A stretch of DNA of 64,000 bases from Chromera velia (Eukaryota). Shown here one piece after another: positions 53,067 through 64,000 of this stretch. The notes below the pieces were generated by a model. That model had not been told where the DNA came from. It searched no databases and was given only the letters and a program-made list of their open reading frames with translations. Position 1 is the stretch's first letter, and each line of letters opens with the position of its first letter. The stretch is taken from the NCBI GenBank assembly GCA_018398765.1, contig JAHBMJ010000002.1, positions 1-64,000 on the forward strand, given 5' to 3'. The position numbers and the translations under genes are program-made.

Positions 53067-54074
53067 CGTGGCATAGTCATTTTGACCATACTGACCAAAA
53101 CGCAGCTTCCTCCTATCTCGTCCGGCAAATGAAAGAATCCAAGTCTTTCTCTCCCTTTTTTCTTACAGAGAGAGTGCAGAGTCCATATCAACCTCATTTA
53201 CCTTGCCTGTACAAGCATCTACGTCTTGTTTCAACTTCTGCTTTTCTTCATACGAGAGAAGGGAATCAGACTGAATGGCAGACTTTGCCGCCGTGGCCGC
53301 CGTGGCAAACATCGGCTGCATGATCGGCAGCTGAGAACAGTGAGAAGAGAGCAGAAGAGACAGATAGATTGTTCACAATGGTTTTGCTCTTGGCAATTGG
53401 AGGCTTCCTCACAAAAGAAAAAACGGAGTGTGTACCCAACAGTAACAGTCCCGTCTCTGGTCCATGCACATCAAGATGGCGGAATAGCTAAATTTGCGAG
53501 CGACAAAAGGGCCCCGACAGTGATGTATGCACGTCATACATACAGTCCGGATGAGAGTCTGGAAGATTTTGAAGGGCACGTACGCATGTTGGTACCCGCT
53601 TTGCAGTCAAAGTCGTTCGGATTGAAAAATGTTGGGGACCGCGCGCCTTCGGCGCGCCCTCCAAATTGCCTAACCCGGATGCCGTCCGGATTCCATAATA
53701 ATGCCGGGACGTTATAGTACGGGATACACCCAACCAGTTGGGTGAGTGCCTCGGGAGGCTATTTAGGGGTCCGCTAATTGATGCACACCATCGGGGGCTT
53801 GGGCATGTCTAAGTTATGTGCTACCATGGGGTGGGGGCCACGGCAGTGAAGTATGCTTTTCGGGACCGCGCGCGCATCGTATGCATGTGCAACTCCGTGC
53901 GAGTTACTTGAGGGGCACACATGCGTAAAGTAATTATAAGGCATGTACAATCGCGGCTCCGTGCGAATTGCTTGAGGGGCACATTTTGGAACTCGGGCGA
54001 CACAGAGACAGAACCGATCCCCCTCCCCCCCCAAAAAATCATGAAAAAATACGTTATGCGAGTGCGTGCGATCT

Positions 54075-56454
54075 TGTAAGATGAACAGTACAATACTATA
54101 TGGTGGTCTGAAGTTACGTCTGACCTAGAAGCGTCAATGTTCAATTTAGCTAGTCAAACAGTCTGTTGATCACTTCATGCACCAGGCTGCTCAAACCATT
54201 AACTGCATTTATTTGGCCTCATCCCATAACAGCCTTCACTAAAATCGATTTGATCGCGCGCGCTCGTGGCCCGGCGGCAAGCCGTCTCTGAGCCGGTCCC
54301 AGTACATATACTATGCGCGCTCACGCCCCGGCAGCACCTCTCGCACCGCTACATGTACAGCCCGACGTCTCAGCCCCAGGCACGCCCCTCACACATGCCC
54401 ATCCACCAAACTGACGTCCACGCTCAGTTCCTTGGCTGAGTACTCAGGCCTACATCAATCAGTTGAGAAACATGCATGGACGTCGGTATGCCACGACCGA
54501 CCAGATCCAACCAGTCACCTGCCCAGCACCACCTCCTTTGTCCAGCTTGTCCACGCCTACTTAATTTGTCTCTCACCTTGAAGCTCACTAACTTTTCTAC
54601 TAACTCTTTCTCTAACTCATCCCTCACACATGCCTATTCCAAATTAGAGAACAAATCGAGAGCGGAATTCGACTCTGTGTCACACGTGTTTATGTGTTCG
54701 ATGGGAATATCAAACTCTTAGGGATCCCCATATATTTCTGTGCACTGACCACACTGACCACGTGTCGGGGGCACTTCTCCCTCTTCATAGCCCCCGTAAA
54801 TCGTCCGGACTCCAGATCGTCCACCGTCACGGCCACCTCCACACTTTCCACGACTACCACGCCCTCTGCCCCAAGGGCCCGAGTCTCTGTGTCCCCCCTT
54901 CCACTGCGCCTGGAAGGAGGAACCCTGCTGGGGATCACCACCGCGTGCCCACTGCCTTTCTCCTCCTTGCCCCCATCTCCACGAGTCTGCATGGGAGTTG
55001 CCATAATTTGCCCAGCCCTGTGGCCCTGGGCATCTGTTGGCACTATGACCAGACAGGCGGCAACGGAAGCACCGTCCTTCCCGGATGCAACGGGTTCTCT
55101 CGTCTGGCATGAGTAGTGGTGGGAGCGAATGGACCCCACACAAATCCATGGGGACGGGCCTTTCCTTAGGGACAAGCGGCTGGTTACGTTGACCGCTCAC
55201 CCCTCCACTCTCGGGAACGCGCAGACGGAAATCTTGGTGTCCACCACCTTTCGCTCGGGAGGAGAGGAAGGCTTCGATCTCGGCTGCCTCCTTCTGTGTC
55301 TCTAACAGCGTGTGTGTCTTCGCCTTCGCAACGTCGAGGGCGATGGAGTTCGGCAGTCCCTTGATGTAGTCCTCGACAACGTCTTCCTCCCACAGGTGGG
55401 GAAGCTGGCCCACCAACTGAGAGAAGGCCTCGTTGTACTTCTCCACCCCTAAGGCTTCAGTGCAGCAAAGTGCCTGAAGCTTTGCCCGAGCGATACTCCT
55501 CTCCATGGTCACCTTCAGTCTCGCCGTGAGTTCAGTCTTCAGCGACTTCCAGTTTGAGAACACTCCATGCTCCTCCTCATACTTCTCATACCATTCCTTC
55601 AAATAGGCCGGTAGCCGGCCTTTCGCCATCTTTATTTTTTTCGATTCCTTCACCTCGTTCAGCTCAAAGAAGTCTTTTATGTCCTTCAGCCATCTCTGAA
55701 GCTCCTCCCTCTTGCCAGAGAACACCAGCTTGGCGGGAAGCTCCACAACCTTGCTCGTGTAGTGACCGGGACCAGTGTCAGTGCTCGCACCAGCAGACGA
55801 GCTCTGAAGGATCGGAGGGGAAACCTGGGATGATAGAGAAAGGCCTGATTGGACAGCTTGAATAGCTTGTCCTTGTGTCTCCAAAGCCTGTCCCTGTAAA
55901 GTCAATTGTTGACCCTGCAAGGCCTGCGTTTCCTGAATGATGCGCATCGAATTGGACAATGTTTCAAGGGCTCCAAACACTTCTGGAATGCCCGGAGCCC
56001 CAACATTCTGCGCACCTTCCATCTGATTCAGCATATCGAGTCGAAGGAAGGAAGAGCAATTCTCAGTCTGAAGCGACACTTGGAAACTTTTCTCTCCACC
56101 CTTATCTGAGGCTGGAAAGAGGCTCTACTGCCAACTGTAAGATGAACAGTACAATGCTATTTGCTGATCTGAAGTCACGTCTGACCTAGAAGCGTCAGTG
56201 TTCAATCTAGCTAGTCAAACAGTCTGTTGATCACTTCATGCACCAGGCTGTTCAAACCATTAACTACATTTATTTGGCCTCGTCCCATAGCAGCCTTCAC
56301 TAAAATCGATTTGATCGCACGTGCTCGTAGCCCGGCGGCAAGCCGTCTCCGAACCGGTCCCGGTACCTGTACTATGCGCACTCACGCCCCGGCAGCACCT
56401 CTCGCGCCGCCACATGTACAGCCCGACGTCTCAGCCCCAGGCACGCCCCTCACA
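54075..56454 (-). mobile_element. Gag-only Ty3/Gypsy-type LTR retrotransposon
   Basis: 319-nt LTRs (54075..54393 and 56136..56454) with TG...CA ends. A 5-bp TSD GATCT flanks the element (54070-54074 and 56455-56459). PBS TGGCAGTAGAGCC (minus strand, 56121-56133) resembles tRNA-iMet PBSs; PPT-like GGTGGATGGG. Single gag ORF. Confidence 0.93.
54718..56079 (-). CDS. gag: Ty3/Gypsy Gag (coiled coil, retrotransposon capsid domain, CCHC zinc knuckle)
   Basis: FSGKREELQRWL, WKSLKTEL, YNEAF, YIKGLP, PVPMDL, CFRCRLSGHSANRC (CX2CX4HX4C). Confidence 0.92.
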   Translation of the reverse strand: MSLQTENCSSFLRLDMLNQMEGAQNVGAPGIPEVFGALETLSNSMRIIQETQALQGQQLTLQGQALETQGQAIQAVQSGLSLSSQVSPPILQSSSAGASTDTGPGHYTSKVVELPAKLVFSGKREELQRWLKDIKDFFELNEVKESKKIKMAKGRLPAYLKEWYEKYEEEHGVFSNWKSLKTELTARLKVTMERSIARAKLQALCCTEALGVEKYNEAFSQLVGQLPHLWEEDVVEDYIKGLPNSIALDVAKAKTHTLLETQKEAAEIEAFLSSRAKGGGHQDFRLRVPESGGVSGQRNQPLVPKERPVPMDLCGVHSLPPLLMPDERTRCIREGRCFRCRLSGHSANRCPGPQGWANYGNSHADSWRWGQGGERQWARGGDPQQGSSFQAQWKGGHRDSGPWGRGRGSRGKCGGGRDGGRSGVRTIYGGYEEGEVPPTRGQCGQCTEIYGDP

Positions 56455-56897
56455 GATCTTAGGGCCTCTCGGCTGATCTCAGCAGAGCTGAGCTGCCCCC
56501 CGAGGCGACAGTAAGATTTGGACCCAAAATGCAAATTTCTGCACAGGTGGTGCCCACGCAGTCAGATCCAGACGCGAGTATAGTATAGTAAGATACAGGC
56601 TGCATGCAGTTAATAAAAAAAAAATGCTTGCATGCATGCATGCATGCATGCTTTCGATCGTTTTAGAATTGCAGAAAAGGGCTTGATATAACGTTGAGGT
56701 CCGAGCTGATTACTGATCAAGAGGGACTGCACACAGGTGTCACGAAACCAAGGAAGCAGGATGCAACGGTAAGGAGCCCAGGCTACTAAAGTCAGGGAAG
56801 CGAAGTCGCATATAGACTGAATGACAAAGTCAGTCTGACAGCCTGGACCCTGGCTGGCTTCATTGAGAGCAATTTGTAGCCAGGAAGGACCAGCACC

Positions 56898-59098
56898 ATG
56901 GCGCCTTCTGCCACGTTTCGGACTGTCCTCTGCTGGCTTTTCGGTGTTTCGTTTGTCAATGGGGACCTTCCGGTTCATTGTTTGCACGGGCACGTTCAGG
57001 GCGAGTGGACTTTTCATGTCGGCAAATGGATCACTGAAGGGAAGAAGGACAGCTACTGCGGGTTTGAGGTTCCGGACTCAGAAAACCATCCAAATAGACC
57101 AACGCAAAGACCCCCTCTCCCTTCCACATCGCCATTCAAGGAAGAATTTTCCTTCAAAATCAAAATGGACGCAGCAGGAGGGGAGGTCCTCCCTTCCTCT
57201 GACGGGTCCGACGTCACAGTCGTTCCCGGCCTCTCCATCTCCTCTAACCAGCAGACAGGAGGAAGCGCATTCGCATACCACGACGTGTCCTGGACCATGG
57301 TATACGACATGGCCCTGCACGTTCAGGTTGCGGCCTACAGCGATTCGAATGCTCAAAGTGATTTGAGGCAGGCGTCCTTCGTTGCCTTCTTCAAATACCT
57401 CACAGGATCGGAGGGCAGCACAGACACGTCTTCACCACCATCCGCAGCCTCAATACCGTTCCAGGAGCCCTCTCCTAGCTTTGGTGATGCGTCCGGATCG
57501 AGTTTCTGCTTTGCCTCAATGGTGGGCCTCGCAGATCTGGAGCCTGCCCCAGGACTCCCGGGAGGGAAGTTCTGTTGGTGGGGGGAGAGAAGTGACACCA
57601 AGGGCGCAAGCTCAATGTCACATAATGTGGTCTCGTTTGCCAATCTTGACCTTGCCTATCGCATACAGCAGGACTATGTGGAAGCTGCCTTGTTGAAACA
57701 TTGGCAGTTCTTCAGTTCCGACCTCCTTCCCCATTTGTCTCTCAAAGCTGACCCTGAAGATGTGGGGGGAGTGTCACTGCCTCGCAAAGAAACGAAAAAC
57801 GAGATGACCATCGAGGCTCTTGCTAAAGCCGTCGCAGCAAATATGGGCCTCATCACACCGCAAAGCAACACTCACACAGTCAAGATTGTTCACACACACA
57901 CCGTCACTAACAATTTCACAACGAGTATGACAACAGGGGTAATCACCCCCGTTTCATTCCTTGAAAGAAAAGAAAGAGAAGGAGATGTCAAGAAGACTCA
58001 TCAACACAACAACAGACGGAAAAGTTCTTCAGTCACCAGTTCCCTGCGCCGACCCTCGAGTGCCTCTGCAGTGCTGCATGACAGTTTCGCAGTACGAAAA
58101 CCCCTCCGCTCATTACGCTCGAGCGAAACCCAGATGCTGCACCGTCTGAGCACCCCCAATGTGCTCCGTGCTTTTTTCCGTTTTCTCCGAGACCTGAAGA
58201 AATTTCGGTCCCATGGCCGAATGGCAATCGTCGCCCCTCTCTTACTCGTCCCCGCAGAGTGCGAAGAGAAAAGCAAAGAGGGCTCCTGTTGGGAATCCTT
58301 TCACGCAAGGGCCCTGTCTGAGGGGGAAAAGACCCATTTCCGCAATCTGTATCAAAAGGGGGGGGCAGAATCACGAGGAGAAGGCGCAAAGGACAGCGGG
58401 GCCTGGCAAGGTCGCCGTCAGTTCCGCTGGTTCAATAATGAAGAGGCCAAGCAGCGAATGCGAGAACTCTTTCTTGCCCCGGAAAGACGCGCTGTGAGCG
58501 GTCTCACTGAAGAGGAACTCGAGAGCCGGCTGGCGGTCATTGATGAAATGGGAATCGTCCCTAGGTCGGTTGATAAATACAGTTCATGCGTTTACTTTCA
58601 TACAGAATTCCTTTTCCCCGAAAGAATACAGAATCCCTGAAAAAGAATTCTGTATGAAAGTAAATGCACGTCGCTAGGTCGGTTGATAAATACAGTTCAA
58701 AAGACAATAATGAAGCAGAGTCGGATCTTTCACAGAAAATGTTCTGAGGCTGCAGTGTGTGTGCAGGAGTTTCAAATTGATTTATCCATCCACCCATTCG
58801 CTCCATCACTGACTTGATCCTTTCTCATTCCAGTTGTGCCGTCCTTTCCTTTGTGCAGATCCGTCAGCCGTTTACTTTCATACAGAATTCTTTTACTTTC
58901 ATACAACGCTCCCTCAAAACAAATTCTGTATGAAAGTAAATGCATGCACAATTTGTGCAGATCCGTCAGCCAGGGCGCTTGCGGCTCTTGTTATGCGAAC
59001 GCGGTGTCCGGTCAGTCTCTCTGACCTGCCGCTCCTTTGTCTCTTTTTCACCTTTCTACCGTCGTTCGCGGGTATTTCTCTCTCTCACACACACACAC

Positions 59099-59131
<33 letters not shown>

Positions 59132-60849
59132 CTCCATCTGTTTCTGTGTGTTCATTTGTTTGCGTGTGTGTGCTTGTGTCAGCGTCCGTCAACTCTACCG
59201 ACCGATCGAGAACTCTACACACCACCCAACAGACCGTCTGTCCTGTCCTTTCGTCTCCGGAGATGCAATGCCGCAAGCTGCCGGCTTTGTCTGTCTGCTT
59301 TTGCGTCATCTCTTTGCGACTTTTCTACATTCCTCGTATTTCTGCTGCGATCAAATACGGACCTGCACATCAAATCTGCTCTTTCTTGGTGCTTCGATAT
59401 GTGCATCTATATGTAGAGAGTGTGTTTGTGCTGGTCCAATTTGTCTTCCACTCTATTAATATGAAACCACGGAAGGGAAGGCTCCCATCCCCAAAGTTTT
59501 ACTCGAGTTTTTCTCAGGACGCCATATACACCCTTCACACAAAAATTTGCCTTCACTCTCGGTGCTCTGAACTGAACTTTTCCCTGCATGCAGGCATGTA
59601 CTCAACGAGAGGGTACATGCACATGATAGAGAATCCCTCGGAGTTCTCCATGGAGGACCTCGAGGCAGTCGTCAAACCAAGGGCACGACTGTCGGTATTC
59701 CAAGTCAGTACTGCATGCAGCCAGAATAGGAGGGACAATGATGGATAGACAGGCAGACAGATAGGCAGGTAATTAGCCAATAGAGGTTTTAATCGGAAGG
59801 TCTCTCACAAGATGCCATTTTTCCTCTCTTGTTTGCCCTTTCTCAGCGCAAGAACGACTCCTACCAGTTGATGCCGGCCGTTTTCTTTCCCTGCGTACTT
59901 ATCGATTTTTCTTTTTGTCTGTATCATGCAGGGAGGGTGGTGTAACGTGTTAAACCAGGGGTGCGGTGGGGGGTATCCGTTCCTGCACGCAAAGGCCATT
60001 CACGACAGGGGTGTGGCGTTTCGGTCTTGTGAAAATGCGGTGAGAGAGCGGTTGGGGTTCGGGAACCTTGAGGTCGACGCTTCGGACACGGAGACTTTGA
60101 CGTCCATGCGGTCTGTCTGTGGAGCTCTGGGGGGTCAGATCGACGAGGAGATTCATCCGGAGTTGTCCGAAGGGATCTCTCGAGCGAGAGACGCGTTGAA
60201 ATCAGCCTTAGAAAAGGAAAAGGACAAAGGAGGAGAGACGGATTCTTTGTGCAGATACCGTCTCTGGGTGACTTCCTTCGGGTATCTGCAGGGACAGTTT
60301 GGTTTGATGGGCAATTCTGCTGAGGAGCAGATCAAGGAACGGCTGTATAACGAAGGACCGCTATTGGTGTCCATCGAACCTCATTCGTCCTTCACGGGAG
60401 GGGAGACGAGACTGGGGGCTCCGGATATTCCGGCAGCCTTCCAGACGATGGTCCAGCCTTCAGGAGGGTTGCTTGACCCTTTTCTGTTCCAAAAAGTGGA
60501 CCACTCTCAGTTGTTGGTCGGGTGGGGGGAGAAGAATGGAGTTCCAGTCTGGTACACACAGAATTCGTGGGGGCAGTCGTGGGGTCTGAAGGTCTTGGAG
60601 AATGCTGACTGGTCGGGGGGGTTCTCGGAGATCGAGAGGGGGATCGACAGCCTTGCCATAGAGGCCTCGGCTGTTGATGCTCAGGTGGTCATTAGGAAAG
60701 TTGGCAGCGGTGCAATGGGGAAAGGTGAAGGGCTTGGGTTCAGTTCTCAAATTGAAAAAGAAGAAGTGTGGGGACGGAATCCGGTTCTCATGCAAATGGC
60801 GGAAGACGGAATTTTGAGAGAAGACGATGGCGGAAGAAACAAAGATTGA
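56898..60849 (+). CDS. Cathepsin C / dipeptidyl aminopeptidase-like papain-family cysteine protease (exons ~56898..58564, 58961..59010, ~59594..59703, ~59932..60849)
   Basis: Signal peptide followed by exclusion-domain start DLPVHC...GEWTF and WTMVYD. Catalytic QGACGSCYA, NQGCGGGYP, KVDHSQLLVGWG (His), QNSWG (Asn). The GT/AG joins keep the frame. Confidence 0.88.
58587..58668. mobile_element. 82-nt hairpin insert flanked by a 31-nt direct repeat containing the splice donor
   Basis: TGCGTTTACTTTCATACAGAATTC...GAATTCTGTATGAAAGTAAATGCA. Flanks CGTC(C/G)CTAGGTCGGTTGATAAATACAGTTCA at 58556-58586 and 58669-58699. Confidence 0.75.
58870..58951. mobile_element. Related 82-nt hairpin insert flanked by a 20-nt direct repeat containing the splice acceptor
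   Basis: GTTTACTTTCATACAGAATT...AATTCTGTATGAAAGTAAAT. Flanks TTTGTGCAGATCCGTCAGCC at 58850-58869 and 58952-58971. Confidence 0.75.
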
Positions 60850-61813
60850 ATGAATGATTTGAATATGCTTAGAAATCTGCTCTCTATATGGCAATCAAAG
60901 CTTATATATATAAACATAACGTAACTTTTGTTGGCGGTACGTATAATAATCACCGTGATCCCAGATAAAGGCTGGAAACAAGCGCTTTGAGCCTTTGACA
61001 ACTAGTTTGATAATTAAACGGTTGTCAAACGCTAGACTCAGGATAAAACGCTTTGCTCAGGCTGCCGACTCAGTGCCGAGGCTGCTGTGCGTTTGCTAAA
61101 TTAAGGATTTACATATTAAAGGTCAATCAGATTCAATTTTTAAGTTATATGATTACATTGCATATCTATATTTTGTAATTCATATAAAAAATCATATAAG
61201 GTAATACAAAGTGAAAGTTGAAAAATGTTTAAAGTTTCAATCTAAGTGATATTTATGTCAACTTCTTTTTATTTCAAGTTAAGTTCTGTGCTAGTTTCTC
61301 AGTGTCAAATTATTCAAAACTTAGAGCTGAACTAGTAGCTGAAAGCAAGGCTATAATTCAAATGAAAATTCATTTTATTGTTTTTCTAAATTTAATGTAT
61401 ATATATGTTTTTCTAAATATTTCTAGACATATTTAATTAATAGAGTGATAATTATATAAAAGATTACATTGGCTCTCTGTCTGCCCCCGATGGACTGCCG
61501 AATAAGGCTTTTTGTAGTGGTTGGCATTAATTCATTCAGACCGCTTCACTTGTTGTGACTCACCCTTTGCATCCGCCTCCTTTTCTGATCTGGGGGTTCG
61601 CAAGTTTATCACATCGCTCTTGCGTTCTCAACCCTCTCTCCTCTTTATGATTTCTCATCATATTGTAGTAAATGATTGATTAGATTAAGTTCGAATAACT
61701 GTCGTCCACTTAGCTTGCAGCTGGCATAATTGAACAGACCTATGCATGTATACGCCGCCCGGGAGTTCTAACTCCACCTAGGGTTTGGCATTAATCAATC
61801 AATCAATCAATCA

Positions 61814-62326
61814 CAGTACGGTTAGGAGTTACTACCGGCCTCTTTTAGCTAGTAGCGAGTTACCATCAGTTTAGTAACCATGAGATGGTAACCGGCGGAC
61901 TTGAAAGCATATACCACTACCATGGTAGTTCAAGGAAAAACTCTAGTAAAAACAGTTGCTAGACCTATTTTAAAGTATGACTACTTAACTCATTAGCAGA
62001 TATTAGCAGTTTAAAGCCCTAAAATAATCATACTCAAATAAATTGTATACTATATACATAGTGATATATTAGTTAGAGTTCAGTCATAAAATGATGAATA
62101 TTGAATTTTATTAGAATAAACTTTTGATAAATGTCAAAAATGGGATTTTTACTAGTCAAAAAATGGTTTTCTAGATTAATTTTCACTCAAAATATGGCCA
62201 AATCTGCCTGTTTTTAGCTACTACCACTACCATTGGAACAGTACTATCGTGACCACAAAATTGGTAACCGGGCAGCCTAGCGGCCGCCTAGTAACCATCC
62301 TACTTTCATTACTCCTAACCGTACTG
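61814..62326. mobile_element. Tc1/mariner-type MITE
   Basis: Perfect 16-nt TIR CAGTACGGTTAGGAGT / ACTCCTAACCGTACTG with CAGT termini. TA on the right flank; the left flank is CA, at the end of an (ATCA)n tract. Non-coding AT-rich interior. Confidence 0.8.
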
Positions 62327-62794
62327 TATATAAAAGATTTCTTCTATGATTTTTTTCATTCAGGAAATAACAAGAAATATGTAAAACGTAAATGAAAACT
62401 ACTTCAAGTTACTTTAGATTACTGTAAGTATATGCATGTGTATGAATGTGTATGTGTTTTATACTCAGTCTAATATACTGTTCATATGCATAACACCCTA
62501 GATAACACTATGTGCTCGGCGGTAGAAAGTGGTCGCAACAATGTTTTATTCAGATTATTCTCAGCAAAACGCAACAAAACACATTCAAGGGAAGTCTGGT
62601 GTCTTTCTGTTCCATCTGATTGAATGTTCGGATCTTGTCATGATCCTGTGTCTAAGCAACAAAGAACTGCCGAACGCGACAGACGATTGAAAAACCGTCA
62701 GAGGGACAAAAGACCCCACGTTTTGATGACTTCATGCTGTTAGTGGATGTGCCATCTAAGCACTTCATTGACGGATTGATGATTGATCGACTGA

Positions 62795-64000
62795 TCACTC
62801 GAACTGGTCAATGTGAATCTTCTCCGCTTCCCGCCCCGCCTCTCCGTTCTCCCCTCCCTCTGGCGCCGCCCCGCTCGTTCTTCTCCCCGCAGAGGGGGGG
62901 AAAGAGAGATCCGAAAACGAATGGGAACCCATGGCAGGCACCCGCCTCCCCTCGTGAAGAGTCCCGGCGGCCTCTGCCCCCAAAGGAGGGCTCGCCTCTG
63001 TGAAGCCCCTGTCGTTGGAGTCCTGCAGGAAGGAAGGAAAGACCAATCAAGGGATCGATCAAGTGTGAATAGAAGAGTAATGGAATGACTCACACTGAAG
63101 AGACGGAGGAGGGCAACAGACAGGAAGTCATGAAATGAGCAAGGAAAGAGAGAGGGAGAGAGAGGGGGAGGGATGGACGGATAAAGAGAAGCATCATTTT
63201 TTCTTCTGTTTATGAGTCCCTTACATCGCCTGCCCACCAATGAGCCGATCGAGTGACTGACTGACCAGTGCACGGCTTCTATTTGATCCTTGGTTGCTCT
63301 GTCTGTGCTCTGGTACCTCCCCTTGCGAGGCCTTCACTCTCTGCGCGTACAAGGAACCGATCAAGAAAGGAAGGAAGGATGCATCCATCCAATCATTTTT
63401 TGCACACACGAAGGACTTGAGATGAGAACCCACCGAGGAAGCCTTCCGCTCTCCTTCAACACAAGCACCGACAGATCCAGATCGGAAAGTGGATAGATAA
63501 AAAAAAACATGCAGCCAGAGAGGCCATTTGTCTCCTTTCAAAGATAGATTCACAATGTGGAATTGACAGAAAAATCGGCGGGCAGCGAAAAGAGACGCAG
63601 AGGGGGGGATTCTTTCCCCACAAGCTAGGCGAACTCTTACAGTCCTGAAGTCCACAATCTCACTTGCACCCACCCAGAAGACCAGGACAAAGAAAGGCAG
63701 CTAGGCCACATGCAGCAAACCAAAGAAAAAAGAAATGCCAACTCACCCCCGGTGTATCACTGCTCGACTCCCCAGAGAGTGCTCCTTCAAATATTCCCCT
63801 CCCGTCTCCGGACCCCCCCCCGCTAGTCCTGCCCTCCTCCAGACCCCACTCCTCCTCTCTCCTCATGCCCAGTCCCCTCGAAGACAGGGACCGTCTCCGA
63901 GCACTCCCGCGCTCAGTCTGCTGCTCCTCAGTTGCCTCCCCTCCCGCCTCTTCCTCCTCTGCCTCCTCCCCACCGTCACCTTCTTCCTCCCTGCCGCCCT
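62795..64000 (-). CDS. 3' exons of an unidentified multi-exon gene (runs off the window)
   Basis: GC-rich exon-like blocks bounded by TGCAG/GT(C/G)AGT signals, e.g. last exon DSNDRGFTEASPP...IHIDQFE*; acidic Gly/Glu-rich block near 63750-64000. No family recognised. Confidence 0.4.

Noticed and set aside
58556..58971. Palindromic repeats as CRISPR or a rho-independent terminator
   Set aside because: They are paired inverted termini inside an intron with flanking target duplications, not a direct-repeat array.
1..64000. tRNA, rRNA or snoRNA genes
   Set aside because: No cloverleaf or rRNA-like segment was recognised by eye; a covariance-model search would be needed to exclude small ncRNAs.

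Overview
This is eukaryotic genomic DNA. It is intron-rich (GT..AG, often GTCAGT donors and TGCAG acceptors), its introns are full of microsatellites, and GC-rich genes are separated by sharply AT-rich islands. The style and gene content suggest an alveolate such as a chromerid (inference). Host genes that can be reconstructed by eye: an ATG16-like coiled-coil/WD40 gene (-); a small type II membrane ORF (+); a multi-exon type I membrane protein with a bacterial-type extracellular EEP nuclease region joined to an EGF-Ca domain, TM helix and cytoplasmic tail (-); a Pecanex-like (PCNX4-type) gene (+); a RING/TRAF-zinc-finger/MATH gene (-); a 2OG-Fe(II) oxygenase (-); a cathepsin C/DPAP-like protease (+); and the 3' end of an unknown gene (-). 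Mobile DNA: a non-coding LTR element with TSD, PBS and PPT; a gag-only Ty3/Gypsy-type LTR element; a decayed LINE; a decayed Crypton-like tyrosine recombinase; several MITEs; and tiny LINE-like 3' ends. Two observations stand out. First, two related 82-nt hairpin inserts each sit between long (20-31 nt) direct repeats that duplicate the donor and the acceptor of the same intron, next to the protease's catalytic Cys exon. Second, the intron-rich membrane-anchored nuclease chimera appears to be of bacterial origin. No CRISPR array, rRNA or tRNA gene was seen. All family calls come from motif recognition, not database searches. Exon boundaries are approximate unless stated otherwise.
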